Shown one piece after another: positions 37,534 through 47,106 of a stretch of DNA of 64,000 bases; position 1 is the stretch's first letter; each line of letters opens with the position of its first letter. This DNA is from Candidatus Sericytochromatia bacterium (GTDB taxonomy: Bacteria; Cyanobacteriota; Sericytochromatia; S15B-MN24; UBA4093): positions 1 through 64,000 of the forward strand of contig JAKFCT010000001.1 in NCBI GenBank assembly GCA_036676495.1, in the 5' to 3' direction. The notes beneath the pieces are model-generated. The model saw only the letters and a program-made list of their open reading frames with translations, was not told where the DNA came from and did not search any database. The translations under genes and the position numbers were made by a program.

Positions 37534-38064
37534 TCAGCGGCGGATCAGGGTCTGAACCAGACGGAGGGTGCGGCTGGCCAGATCTCCGAGCGAATGCGAC
37601 ACGCCCTCAGCGGTTTCCTCGATGCGCTCCCGGGCCTCTCCGACGATGCTCTCCTCCGACTCCGATTCCTGGGCCTTCGCTTGGGGCTGCGCTTGTCCGC
37701 GCTCTTTCAGCTCCGCGGCATGCGTGGGAAGCCGACGCTCTTGCCGGGGCTCGGTGGGGAAACCCGAATCCAGCCAGGCGTTCCAGCCGCCTTGGAGCGC
37801 TTCGGCGCAATAGCCCGCCGCCTGAAGGGCGTCCGCGACCTTGAGGGTGGCATCATCCTGTTCCTGGTTGCCGTAGACCACGATCTCGACGTCATGCCCC
37901 AGGTTGAAGAGATGCGGGTTGATGTCGCGGGCATCGAGGTGAATGGCCCCGGGAATCATGCGATCGCTGTCGCAGAACCCTCCTCGCACGTCGATGAGCA
38001 GTAACGCCTGTCCCGCGTCCATCTTGCGCTTCAGGTCCCTGACCGAGAGGCGGTGCGTGATCAT
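37534..38064 (-). CDS. Rhodanese-like protein lacking the catalytic Cys, with a helical tail
   Basis: IDVR, IPGA, VVYG in place of VYC, LQGGWNAW; RBS AAGGAGGT. Confidence 0.7.
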   Translation of the reverse strand: MITHRLSVRDLKRKMDAGQALLLIDVRGGFCDSDRMIPGAIHLDARDINPHLFNLGHDVEIVVYGNQEQDDATLKVADALQAAGYCAEALQGGWNAWLDSGFPTEPRQERRLPTHAAELKERGQAQPQAKAQESESEESIVGEARERIEETAEGVSHSLGDLASRTLRLVQTLIRR

Positions 38065-38243
38065 CCAACACCTCCTTAGAGCCGTAAAAGTCACTCGAAC
38101 GGCATGGCCCGAGCGCTCTGCGGTTCATCCTAGCCCAAGTCCGGCACGGATTCGAGCGTCGAGGAGGGGTTTATTGGCGCCGCTCGTTCGTTGCGATGGC
38201 AATAAACCCCTCCTATGATGGGGCGGAGTAGAAAGGAGCGCCC

Positions 38244-39155
38244 ATGCAGACGCTCGTGATCGGATCCGCCGGTTTCATCGGCAAGAGCCTGGTCCAGCGG
38301 CTCTCGGAAAACGGAATCCCGACGCGCTGGATGGTCGCTTCCCGGGCCAAGGTCCCGGACCTTCCCGGCGTGGAGGTCGTCGAGGGGGATCTCTACCAGG
38401 CCCGGGATCTGGCCCGCGCCATGCGGGGGGTGACCCACGTGGTCCCGCTGGTCAGCATTCTGCGCGAGCGCCCCGGCCAGGACTTCACGCGCGTGCACGT
38501 CGAGAGCACCCGCCGGATCGTCGACGAGGCCCGGCGCCACGCCATCTCGAAGATCGTCCTGACCAGCGCCCTCGGGGCGAGCCTTCGGGCGCGCAGCCGC
38601 TACTTGAGCAGCAAGGGCGAGGCGGAACAGCTCGTGAAGGCTTCGGGATTGCCCTACGTGATCCTGCGACCGGCCGTGATCTTCGGGCGGGGCGACGAGT
38701 TCACGCGCATGCTCACGGATCTGATCCTCTCGACCCCGGTGACCCCGGTGGTCGGGGCCGGCCGCAACCTCTACCAGCCCCTCTATGTCGAGGACTTCAC
38801 CGAAAGCCTCTATCAAGCCGTCGTCCGGGACGACGTGGTCAACGACATGATCTGCCTGGCGGGCAGCGATCGCCTCTCGTTCGACGACATGCTCAGGGCC
38901 TTGACCCAGGCGCTGGGGACCGATCGGTTCATTCTTCATTTTCCCGCGCAGGCCGTCGAGTGGCTGCTGCCTTGGGTCTCGCGCGCCATCCCCGATCTTC
39001 CCGTCACCCCGGATCAGCTCTTCCTGCTCACGCACGACCAGACCTGCGACACCACCGAGATGCGGCGCCGCTTCGGCGTCGCGCCCCGGGGCTTTCGCGA
39101 GCTGATCGGCAGCTTGATCCGCCCCCTGCGCGAACCCAGCCTGCCGCGCCGCTGA
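38244..39155 (+). CDS. NDUFA9-like atypical SDR (NAD(P)-binding)
   Basis: GSAGFIG, SALGA, YLSSK, LRPAVIFG. Confidence 0.85.
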   Translation: MQTLVIGSAGFIGKSLVQRLSENGIPTRWMVASRAKVPDLPGVEVVEGDLYQARDLARAMRGVTHVVPLVSILRERPGQDFTRVHVESTRRIVDEARRHAISKIVLTSALGASLRARSRYLSSKGEAEQLVKASGLPYVILRPAVIFGRGDEFTRMLTDLILSTPVTPVVGAGRNLYQPLYVEDFTESLYQAVVRDDVVNDMICLAGSDRLSFDDMLRALTQALGTDRFILHFPAQAVEWLLPWVSRAIPDLPVTPDQLFLLTHDQTCDTTEMRRRFGVAPRGFRELIGSLIRPLREPSLPRR

Positions 39156-39199
39156 GGGACGCTTGGCGGCGCCCCTCCCGCGCTTCCGCAACCCCCTTG

Positions 39200-39214
39200 C
39201 GAGAATGATTCTCA
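39200..39214. promoter_or_regulatory. Fur/PerR-like inverted repeat
   Basis: GAGAAT-G-ATTCTC palindrome just upstream of the -10 TAGAAT (39223-39228). Confidence 0.55.
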
Positions 39215-39257
39215 AAATAGGGTAGAATGGGGCTGGATGCGAAAAGGAGGAACGGAC

Positions 39258-39356
39258 ATGACCATCTGCACCCGTTGCCGCCAGGCGATTCTGGCGACGC
39301 AGAAATCCACGAAGGGAATCGAGGGGAACGCGCACCTCGGCTGTCTCCGCAAGTAA
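39258..39356 (+). CDS. 32-aa zinc-finger microprotein (CxxC-x18-HxxC)
   Basis: RBS AAAAGGAGG; MTICTRCRQAILATQKSTKGIEGNAHLGCLRK; below the ORF-track cutoff. Confidence 0.7.
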   Translation: MTICTRCRQAILATQKSTKGIEGNAHLGCLRK

Positions 39357-39485
39357 ATGGATCAGCTGCTCACCGTCCTCATCGGGCTCACCTACGTCAT
39401 CGGCCCCCTTTCCTTCGCGGCCATGGTCGTCGTCGGATGGCGCCTGGTCCAGGATTACCAGAAGAACCGGCGTGAACGCCCCTAG
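39357..39485 (+). CDS. 42-aa single-TM microprotein
   Basis: ATG abuts the previous TAA; MDQLLTVLIGLTYVIGPLSFAAMVVVGWRLVQDYQKNRRERP; overlaps the glcD start. Confidence 0.6.
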   Translation: MDQLLTVLIGLTYVIGPLSFAAMVVVGWRLVQDYQKNRRERP

Positions 39486-40902
39486 CCTACTCGACGACCT
39501 CCGCGACCTCCTCGGCGCCGACGGCGTCCTCTCCAAGCCGCACGAGCGGCTGGTCTACGACACGGATGCCTTCACCATCGCCCGGGGACGCCCGGACGTC
39601 GTGGTCCTTCCTCGGACCCCCGACGAGGTCGCCGCCGTCGTCCGTCTCGCCAGCAAATACGACCTCCCCCTCATCCCGCGCGGCGCGGGCACCGGCCTCT
39701 CGGGCGGCTGTATGGCTCCCCAGGGCGGCATCATGATTGCCCTCACCCGCATGACGCGCATCCTCGCCCTCGATCCCCTCAACCGCTCCGCCCTGGTCGA
39801 AGCCGGCGTCGTCAACCTCACGCTCAGTCAAGCCGCCAGCCCCCACGCGCTTCACTTCGCCCCCGACCCCTCCAGCCAATCCGCCTGCACCCTCGGAGGC
39901 AACGTCGCCGAGAACGCCGGAGGCCCCCATACCCTCAAGTATGGCGTCACCACCAACCATGTGCTCGGTCTCGAGGTCGTCACCCCCGACGGAGACCTCG
40001 TCTGGCTGGGCGGCCCCGCGGAAGACGCCCCCGGCTACGACCTCCTGGGCCTCTTCGTCGGCTCGGAGGGCACGCTGGGCATCGTGACCCGCATGCTCCT
40101 GCGGCTCACCCCCAACCCTCCCGCGGTCCGGACCATGCTCGCGGCGTTCGCGACCGTCGAGGACGCCTCCAACGCCGTCTCGAGCTTGATCGCCTCGGGC
40201 ATCATCCCCGCCGCGCTCGAGATGATGGACCAGACCATCGTCGAGGCCGTCGAGGCCGCCTTCGCCTTCGGCTTTCCCCAGGACGCGGGAGCCGTGCTCA
40301 TCCTCGAGCTCGACGGGCTGGAAGCCGGCCTCGATACCCAGGCCCAGCGGGCGATCGCCCTCTGCCGCGACGCCGGAGCCCGCGATGTCCGCATCGCCCA
40401 GGACGCCGCCGAGCGCGAGCGGCTCTGGCTCGCCCGCAAGAAAGCCATCGGCGCCGTCGGCCGCCTCGCCCCCTCCAAGGTCACCCAGGACGGCGTGATT
40501 CCCCGCACCCAGCTTCCCCGCGTCCTCTCAAGGATCTCCGAGATCGGCGCGCGCCACGGCCTGCGCATCGCCAACGTCTTCCACGCGGGCGACGGCAACC
40601 TCCACCCCGTCGTCCTCTTCGACGAGCGAGATCCCGAGCAAGTCCAGCGCGTGCTGAAGGCCGGAGGCGAGATCCTCGACGTCTGTCTGGAAGCCGGAGG
40701 CTCGCTGAGCGGGGAACATGGCATCGGCATCGAGAAGCTCGATCACATGGCCCGGATGTTCGCCCCCGAGGACCTCGCGGCCATGCGCCGCGTCCGGGAC
40801 GCCCTCGACCCCCGGCAGCGGATGAACCCCGGCAAGCTCGTCCCGACGCCGGGGGCCTGCTCCGAAAGCCCGCGCCTGGGAGTGCTGGGAGGATCACAGT
40901 GA
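39472..40902 (+). CDS. glcD: Glycolate oxidase FAD-linked subunit
   Basis: PRGAGTGLSGG, PDPSS, KYGVT, HAGDGNLHP, GEHGIG. Confidence 0.92.
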   Translation: MNAPSLLDDLRDLLGADGVLSKPHERLVYDTDAFTIARGRPDVVVLPRTPDEVAAVVRLASKYDLPLIPRGAGTGLSGGCMAPQGGIMIALTRMTRILALDPLNRSALVEAGVVNLTLSQAASPHALHFAPDPSSQSACTLGGNVAENAGGPHTLKYGVTTNHVLGLEVVTPDGDLVWLGGPAEDAPGYDLLGLFVGSEGTLGIVTRMLLRLTPNPPAVRTMLAAFATVEDASNAVSSLIASGIIPAALEMMDQTIVEAVEAAFAFGFPQDAGAVLILELDGLEAGLDTQAQRAIALCRDAGARDVRIAQDAAERERLWLARKKAIGAVGRLAPSKVTQDGVIPRTQLPRVLSRISEIGARHGLRIANVFHAGDGNLHPVVLFDERDPEQVQRVLKAGGEILDVCLEAGGSLSGEHGIGIEKLDHMARMFAPEDLAAMRRVRDALDPRQRMNPGKLVPTPGACSESPRLGVLGGSQ

Positions 40903-42089
40903 CGCGCCCCACCCTATCGAACGGGATTCCCCAGGCTCACGTCCTCCCCGAAACCCCCGCCGAGCTCGCCGAAGCGCTCCATGCCGCGGAAAAGGCCGGC
41001 GAGAGGCTGATCGTGGCGGGTAAGGGCCTGCGCCTGGATCAGGGCAACCCGGTCGTGGCCGACCGCATGGTGCTGACCACCCGGCTCGACCGGCTCATCG
41101 ACTATCAGCCCGACGACATGACCATCACCGTCGAGGCCGGCATGACGCTGGCCCAGCTTCAGAGCATCCTGGAAGCGCATGGCCAGAGGCTTGCGCTCGA
41201 CCCCGCCCATGCCGATCGCACGACCATCGGGGGTCTGGTGGCCGCCAACCCGGATGGGCCTTGGCGGGCGGCCTTTGGCACCGTTCGCGACCAGCTCTTG
41301 GGCATGACCGTGGCCACCGCGGACGGGACGCTCTTCAAATCGGGGAGCCGCGTGGTCAAGAGCGTCGCGGGCTACGACCTGCCCAAGCTGTTCACGGGCT
41401 CCTACGGCACCCTCGGGGCGATCGCCCAGGTGTCGTTGCGGGTTCGACCGTTGCCGACGGCGACCGGGGGCGTGCTAGCGCGTTTCGAGGACGTCGCCTC
41501 CCTGGAATCCGCGTGGCAGGGGCTGCGCCAGGCTCCCCTGGAGCCCTGTTTCTTCGAGGTCGGGGCGGATGCCCGCGGGGCCTTTCTCGCGATGGGCTTC
41601 GAGGGGGAGCCCGAGGCAGTGAGTTGGCAGCAAGCGGCCTTCGAGCGGATCGTGCATGCTCCCTGCGAGCGTTCCGACGACTCCCTACGGCACGAGCTCG
41701 CCGCGCGCGCGCATGCCGAGCATGCGCCGCTGCTGGTCAAGGTGGGCCTGCCGCCTGCCGAGGCGATGGGCTTCCTTTGCGACGCCCTCGGGGGCGTGGG
41801 GCGAGGCGGCAGCTGGAGCGGACATGCGGCCAACGGCATCCTTTACGGCAGTTTCCCGGCTGCCGAGGGCTGGGAAATCCCCGGGGGGCGCGCCATGATT
41901 GCCACCTTGAGGGATCTGGCCGCCGAGCGAAAAGGGTACCTGGTCGTCCTCCGCGCTCCGGACGCCTGGAAGGAAGGTTGGGATGTCTGGGGACCGACGC
42001 GGTCGGACTTCCCCTTGATGAAAGCCTTGAAGCGGGCCTTCGATCCGCAGGGCACCCTCTCGCCAGGCCGCTTCGTCGGAGGGCTCTAG
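40899..42089 (+). CDS. glcE: Glycolate oxidase FAD-binding subunit
   Basis: VVKSVAGYDLPKLFTGSYGTLG, FDPQGTLSPGRF; GTGA overlap. Confidence 0.9.
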   Translation: MTRPTLSNGIPQAHVLPETPAELAEALHAAEKAGERLIVAGKGLRLDQGNPVVADRMVLTTRLDRLIDYQPDDMTITVEAGMTLAQLQSILEAHGQRLALDPAHADRTTIGGLVAANPDGPWRAAFGTVRDQLLGMTVATADGTLFKSGSRVVKSVAGYDLPKLFTGSYGTLGAIAQVSLRVRPLPTATGGVLARFEDVASLESAWQGLRQAPLEPCFFEVGADARGAFLAMGFEGEPEAVSWQQAAFERIVHAPCERSDDSLRHELAARAHAEHAPLLVKVGLPPAEAMGFLCDALGGVGRGGSWSGHAANGILYGSFPAAEGWEIPGGRAMIATLRDLAAERKGYLVVLRAPDAWKEGWDVWGPTRSDFPLMKALKRAFDPQGTLSPGRFVGGL

Positions 42090-42090
42090 C

Positions 42091-43359
42091 ATGATCGACA
42101 CCCGCGACTGCATCCATTGCGGGCTCTGCCTCCCGGCATGCCCCACGTACGCCCTGACCGGCTCGGAGGTGGACTCCCCTCGCGGCCGGATCTACCTGAT
42201 GCGCCACCTGCTCGAAGAGGGGCTTTCCTCGGAGCCCGACGCTTCACGGGCCGAGCTTTCGGCTCCCCTCGATCGCTGCCTGGGTTGCCGGGCATGCGAA
42301 ACCGCCTGTCCGTCGGCTGTTCCCTATGGGCGCCTGCTCGAGCATGTCCGCTCCGAGGTGCTCCCGCCTCAGGGGAAGCGGGGCTGGAAGGCGCTGCTGG
42401 ATCATGTGCTGACCCATCCCCGCCGCCTCCAGGTCGCCACGGCTCCATTGCGGCTGATGCGCCGGGTGGCGCCGGGTCTCGAGCGCGCCTTGCCCGCCGG
42501 TCTGCGGCGCCTCGCCGAGCTCACGCCGGACGCTCCGGCCCTTCCTCCGCTTCCCGAGAGGATTCCAGCCCAGGGGACGCGCAAGGGGGCGATCGCGTTA
42601 TTGACCGGCTGCGCGATGGAGGCCCTCTACGGCGAGGTGAACCGCGCCACGGTGCGGGTGCTTACGCGCTCGGGTTACGACGTCCTGGTGCCGCGCTCCC
42701 AGGGCTGCTGCGGAGCGCTGCATGCCCATGACGGGGATGCGGCGCATGCGCGCGCCTTGATGCTGCGAAACGTCGCGGCCTTCCCGGTGGACGAGGTCCT
42801 GGCGATCGCCGTCACCTCCGCCGGCTGCGGGGCCGCCATGAAGGACTACCCGCATCTCTTGCCCTCCGAGCACCCGGACCATGCCCGGGTTGCGGCCTTC
42901 TCCGCCAAGGTGAAGGACGTCTCGGAGGTGCTCGCCATGATCGAGCTGCCGCCCATGACCCATGCGCTCTCCGGCAAGGCCACGTACCACGATGCCTGCC
43001 ACCTGGCGCATGGCCAGAAGGTTCGCCGCGAGCCCCGCGACGTCTTGAAACAGGTGCCGGGACTCGACTGGGTCGACCTTCGCCAATCGGACTGGTGCTG
43101 CGGCGGCGCCGGCTCTTACGCGCTCTTGCAGCCCGACATGTCGAAGGCGCTGCTGGAGCGGAAGCTCGAGGCGATCGCCGAGACGGAGGCGCGCATCATC
43201 GTGACGGGCAACCCCTCTTGCCTGATGCAGATCGGCTCGGGGCTCGCGAGGTTGCCCGGATCCCCCGAACTGCTTCACACCGTCCAGGTCATCGACCGCG
43301 CCCTCAACGGCGATCCGCAAAGCGGCGCACCGCAAAGCAGCAAACCGCGTGGCGACTAA
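42091..43359 (+). CDS. glcF: Glycolate oxidase Fe-S subunit
   Basis: CIHCGLCLPACPTY, CLGCRACETACPS, two CCG domains. Confidence 0.92.
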   Translation: MIDTRDCIHCGLCLPACPTYALTGSEVDSPRGRIYLMRHLLEEGLSSEPDASRAELSAPLDRCLGCRACETACPSAVPYGRLLEHVRSEVLPPQGKRGWKALLDHVLTHPRRLQVATAPLRLMRRVAPGLERALPAGLRRLAELTPDAPALPPLPERIPAQGTRKGAIALLTGCAMEALYGEVNRATVRVLTRSGYDVLVPRSQGCCGALHAHDGDAAHARALMLRNVAAFPVDEVLAIAVTSAGCGAAMKDYPHLLPSEHPDHARVAAFSAKVKDVSEVLAMIELPPMTHALSGKATYHDACHLAHGQKVRREPRDVLKQVPGLDWVDLRQSDWCCGGAGSYALLQPDMSKALLERKLEAIAETEARIIVTGNPSCLMQIGSGLARLPGSPELLHTVQVIDRALNGDPQSGAPQSSKPRGD

Positions 43360-43399
43360 CCGCCACGCGGCGTCCCCACCGCCCGGCGGGTAAAGGGAT

Positions 43400-43474
43400 G
43401 TAAGCTTCGGTTAAGCTTCCTGGAAAAACGCAAGGCGGGACGCGAAGACTCCGATACCGTTAATGGGTCGTTAA
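43400..43474 (+). promoter_or_regulatory. Sigma28-like promoter flanked by two TTAA-N7-TTAA-type boxes
   Basis: GTAA-N7-TTAA at 43400-43414; CAAG-N15-TCCGATAC at 43431-43457; TTAA-N7-TTAA at 43460-43474. Confidence 0.6.
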
Positions 43475-43494
43475 TTGGAGTCCAGGAGGTCCCG

Positions 43495-44286
43495 ATGGCC
43501 ATCTCGAACGCAACTTATGCCTCGGCCGGCCAGGTGCAGCGCCTCCGCTCCAACCGCCCGCTCGACACGGTCTCTCGGGCGATGGGCATCCACGTCCCCA
43601 CGAGCCTTTCGCCCGCGAAGCTGGCGAAGGACGTCAAGACCGACGTGGTCGCCTCGATTCCTTTCGACGCCCTCTTCACCAGCCAGGAATACCGCCGTGG
43701 CGAGCTCACGGCGAAGGAGTACGTGGCCAAGACCCTCAGCACCTCGGTCAGCTCGGTCGCCTGGACCGTCGGCGGCGCGATGATGGGTGCGCTCTTGGCA
43801 CCGGCCGGACTTCCCGCCCTCATGGTCGGCATCGCCGGGTTCGCCACCGGGCTGGTCGCCACCACGATCTGGGATAGGACGGTCGGCAAGCAAGTCACCG
43901 AAGCCATTGAGACGGTCATTCCGGAAGCTCTGGCCGAGCCGGTGGCCGAGGTCTTCACCAAGGCGATCGCCAACCCCCTTTACGACGCCGTCTGGAAGCC
44001 GCTCACCGAAGTCGTGACCCCCGCCTTCCGCTGGGCCATGCAGAACAAGGTCACGGCAGGAGCCGCTTTGGGCGGTCTGGCACTGCTCTTCCCCAATGCC
44101 GCCAAGGCGATCGCCCCCGAGGTCCTGACGATGGCCGGCGGCATGGCGGCGGGAATCGCGTTCACCGGCAAGGTGATCGACCCCATCCTGCCTCCCGTCG
44201 AGGAGCAGGCCGAAGCGCCCGCGAAGGCCGCCAAGGCCAGCGGCGCCGGCCAGGCCGCAGGCATCCACTTCGCCCGCATCCGCTAA
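43495..44286 (+). CDS. Hypothetical protein with Gly/Ala-rich hydrophobic hairpins, no Sec signal
   Basis: RBS AGGAGGT; hydrophobic segments AWTVGGAMMGALLAPAGLPALMVGIAGFATG and AGAALGGLALLF. Confidence 0.7.
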   Translation: MAISNATYASAGQVQRLRSNRPLDTVSRAMGIHVPTSLSPAKLAKDVKTDVVASIPFDALFTSQEYRRGELTAKEYVAKTLSTSVSSVAWTVGGAMMGALLAPAGLPALMVGIAGFATGLVATTIWDRTVGKQVTEAIETVIPEALAEPVAEVFTKAIANPLYDAVWKPLTEVVTPAFRWAMQNKVTAGAALGGLALLFPNAAKAIAPEVLTMAGGMAAGIAFTGKVIDPILPPVEEQAEAPAKAAKASGAGQAAGIHFARIR

Positions 44287-44343
44287 GTATTAAGCAAGGG
44301 CATTCCCGGATGCCGAAGCGCGATGCTTCTCCCCGGGTTTGAA

Positions 44344-44871
44344 TCAGCTACGCTGCCGGTTCGCGTAGGGCAAGACCACCGACGACACCCAGTCCAAGAC
44401 ATCCTGACCAATCTCGGCCGGAGCATCCGTCGGGGCCGCGTTGATGCGCAACAGCGGCAAGCCGGCATCCGCGATGGCGGCGCCCTTGAGGTCGGTATTT
44501 TCCTTGTCGAGGTAGTCCGTGGGCCGATCCCCTTCGATGAGGAGCAGGGCCATCGGGACCAGGAAGTCCTGGTCAACGATGACGAAATCGGCCTGCGAGC
44601 GGCTCAGGCGGTGCCAACCGGTGGGGGTAAGGCGGCCGCGCTCGAAGACGTCGGCGAGCCGCATCTTGGGGAAGATCAAGAGGCCCTGTGCGGCCAGAGG
44701 TCCGCGGAGGAGCTGGAAGAGCGCAAAGGGCAGGGGCTCGAGGAACTCGGCCTTGACTTGAAGTTGCGGGTCGAGGTCCGTGACGAAGCCCGCTTCGGGA
44801 TCCCGGGTCACCAGGAAGCCGAGCAGCAGGGCCCCCAAGAGGACGATTCCCGCGACGATCCACATCACCAT
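44344..44871 (-). CDS. DUF2726-like membrane-anchored protein
   Basis: N-terminal TM, FPKMRLADV, DFVIVD, AGLPLLRI. Confidence 0.7.
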   Translation of the reverse strand: MVMWIVAGIVLLGALLLGFLVTRDPEAGFVTDLDPQLQVKAEFLEPLPFALFQLLRGPLAAQGLLIFPKMRLADVFERGRLTPTGWHRLSRSQADFVIVDQDFLVPMALLLIEGDRPTDYLDKENTDLKGAAIADAGLPLLRINAAPTDAPAEIGQDVLDWVSSVVLPYANRQRS

Positions 44872-45042
44872 TGAGCTAACGTCGTTTCTACAGGACAGCG
44901 AGAGTGAACTTTCACCCTAATATGGTCGGTTTCACGGCTATCTCTCGCTGCCTTTCGAAACAGCCGCGGGCGCTAGGGGACAGTATAGCGCGAGCAGCCG
45001 ATCCCCGACAGGGCCTGCCGGGGATCTCGGCTCATGACGCGC

Positions 45043-46449
45043 TTACTCCAGGGCGCGGATGAAGTCGATCAGGGAGTCGAAGCGGTCGGGCGGGATATTG
45101 GGATAGGGCGGCATCGCCACGCCGGGTTTGATGGCCTGAGGGTTGCGGATCCAGCGCCTCAAGTAGTCCTCGTCCCTTCGGGCGGAGATGCCTGCGAGGT
45201 CCGGGCCGAGCTGGCCGCCGGCTCCCTTGATGGCATGGCAGCTGACGCAGCCTTGTTCCTGGTAGACCGTCCAGCCTGCCTGCTGGGACGGGGTCAGGTT
45301 CTCGTAGCCCTTCGGCACGGAGGTCATGGCTGTCGGATCCAGGCCTGCCGTGTTGGGTGCATTGGCGCCCTGCACGTTCAGCCAGACGAGGATGGCGAGG
45401 AAGACGGTGGCCGGGATGACCGTGTAGGGGCGGGACAAGGGATGGCGCCGGGGGTTGTGATCGACGAAGGGTAGGATCAACAGCAAGACCCCGATGAGCA
45501 GCGGAATGCCTACCACCCCGACAAGTTCCCAGCTCCCCGGAAAGTACCAGAGGGCCTGGAAGAGCCAGAAGAAGTACCATTCGGGCCGCGGCACGAAGCC
45601 GGTGCTGACCGGATCCGCCGGGTCCCCGAGCTTGGCCGGAAAGAGGATGGCCATCACGACCAGCACGACCACCACGACCAGGCTGACGATGGCATCCTCC
45701 ATGACGTTATGGTAGAAGGGCTGGCCCTTCTTCTTGAGGTCCTCGTAGTACTCGAGGTAGGCGCGCTGGGGATCGGGCGCCGTCGCATAGGGCTCCTCGC
45801 GGCCGGGCGGGTTGGAGATCCCTTGCCGGACCACCAGGGCGATGTGAAACGCGATCAACGCGAAGGTCGCCAGCGGCAGCAAGATCACGTGAAACGCGTA
45901 CCAGCGCGTCAGCGTGTACGATCCGACGTCGCGCCCGCCCAGGATCAGCTCGCGGACCTGCTCGCCGATGACCGGCACGACCGCCGACATCTGGCCGAAG
46001 AGGACGGTGGTCCAGTAGGCGGTTTGATCCCAGGGCAGGAGGTAGCCCGTGAAGGCGAACGCCAGGACCAAGAGCAAGAGGAAGGCGCCGGAAAGCCACG
46101 TGAGCTCCCGGGGGAACTTGTAGGCCCCCCAGTAGAAGGTCCGTAGCATGTGCAGCACGACCAGGATCACCATGGCAGAGGCGGCCCAGTGGTGGAGGTT
46201 GCGCACGAAGCCGCCGAGGAAGACCTGGTTCTGGATGTAGGCGACGGACTCGTAGGCCACCTGGGGCGAGGGCTGGTAGTAGATCATCAGCAGCATGCCG
46301 GTGACGACCATGAGGATGAAGGTCACGGTCGTGGCGCTGCCGAGCGTGTAGGCCCAGTTCACGCCGGGCGGGATGTGCCGGTCGAGGAAGTTATGCGCCA
46401 TCGTCCGGATGTTGGCCCGGGAGTCGAGCCAATCGATCAGGTTGCGCAT
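45043..46449 (-). CDS. Cytochrome b (N+C domains) fused to a monoheme cytochrome c
   Basis: Heme-b His in RNLHHW/LHMLR and FHV/FHI, GYLLPWDQ, PEWY, CVSCH, AMP. Confidence 0.92.
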   Translation of the reverse strand: MRNLIDWLDSRANIRTMAHNFLDRHIPPGVNWAYTLGSATTVTFILMVVTGMLLMIYYQPSPQVAYESVAYIQNQVFLGGFVRNLHHWAASAMVILVVLHMLRTFYWGAYKFPRELTWLSGAFLLLLVLAFAFTGYLLPWDQTAYWTTVLFGQMSAVVPVIGEQVRELILGGRDVGSYTLTRWYAFHVILLPLATFALIAFHIALVVRQGISNPPGREEPYATAPDPQRAYLEYYEDLKKKGQPFYHNVMEDAIVSLVVVVVLVVMAILFPAKLGDPADPVSTGFVPRPEWYFFWLFQALWYFPGSWELVGVVGIPLLIGVLLLILPFVDHNPRRHPLSRPYTVIPATVFLAILVWLNVQGANAPNTAGLDPTAMTSVPKGYENLTPSQQAGWTVYQEQGCVSCHAIKGAGGQLGPDLAGISARRDEDYLRRWIRNPQAIKPGVAMPPYPNIPPDRFDSLIDFIRALE

Positions 46450-46451
46450 GG

Positions 46452-46991
46452 CTAGGCCCCCCGGCCTTGCGCGTCATCTTCCCGATGGCTGGTCGGGCCT
46501 TTCCCGGGAGCATGGCCGCCCGGTGACTGGCCGATGTAAAGCGTGCCGTTCTCGATCCGCACGGCGTACGTATCGAGACCATGCGGGGGAGGCCCCCCGA
46601 CCACCGTGCCCTCCTTGGTGAAGGCGCCGCCATGGCATGGGCAGAGAAAGAGCTCCGCATTGGCGTTCCAGTCGTAGGGGCAGGCCAGGTGGGTGCAGTT
46701 CGAATCGTAGACGGAGAATCGGCCGTCTCCCCAGTTCACGACCCAGGCGCCCTGGCGATAGGGAGGCTCTCCACGGACCGGAATCTCGAAGCCCTCCAGG
46801 GTCGGCTTCCCCACCGGGTAGCGACTCACCGGGCCCAGCGCGATCCACGGCGGGGTCTGGGGACGCCGGATGAGCGGGGAAAAGAGATACCCGATGATCG
46901 GAAGGCCCAGCAGCATGGCGATGAAGGCACCGATCGCCCCGATGATCCGGTAGATGAAGCTGCGGCGCGAAACAGCGTCCGAATTCGCCAC
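46452..46991 (-). CDS. Rieske Fe-S protein (QcrA/PetC-like)
   Basis: Tat motif SRRSF, TM, CTHLAC, CPCHGG. Confidence 0.93.
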   Translation of the reverse strand: MANSDAVSRRSFIYRIIGAIGAFIAMLLGLPIIGYLFSPLIRRPQTPPWIALGPVSRYPVGKPTLEGFEIPVRGEPPYRQGAWVVNWGDGRFSVYDSNCTHLACPYDWNANAELFLCPCHGGAFTKEGTVVGGPPPHGLDTYAVRIENGTLYIGQSPGGHAPGKGPTSHREDDAQGRGA

Positions 46992-47106
46992 GACGACGCT
47001 CCCTTCTGCATGCCGAACACGGCACGACCCTAGCGCCTTTCGGGACGAGAGCCTAGTGGGTCGCCACGGGAGAATTCGTCAGAATGGACCGCTAGTAGGT
47101 CACGCG

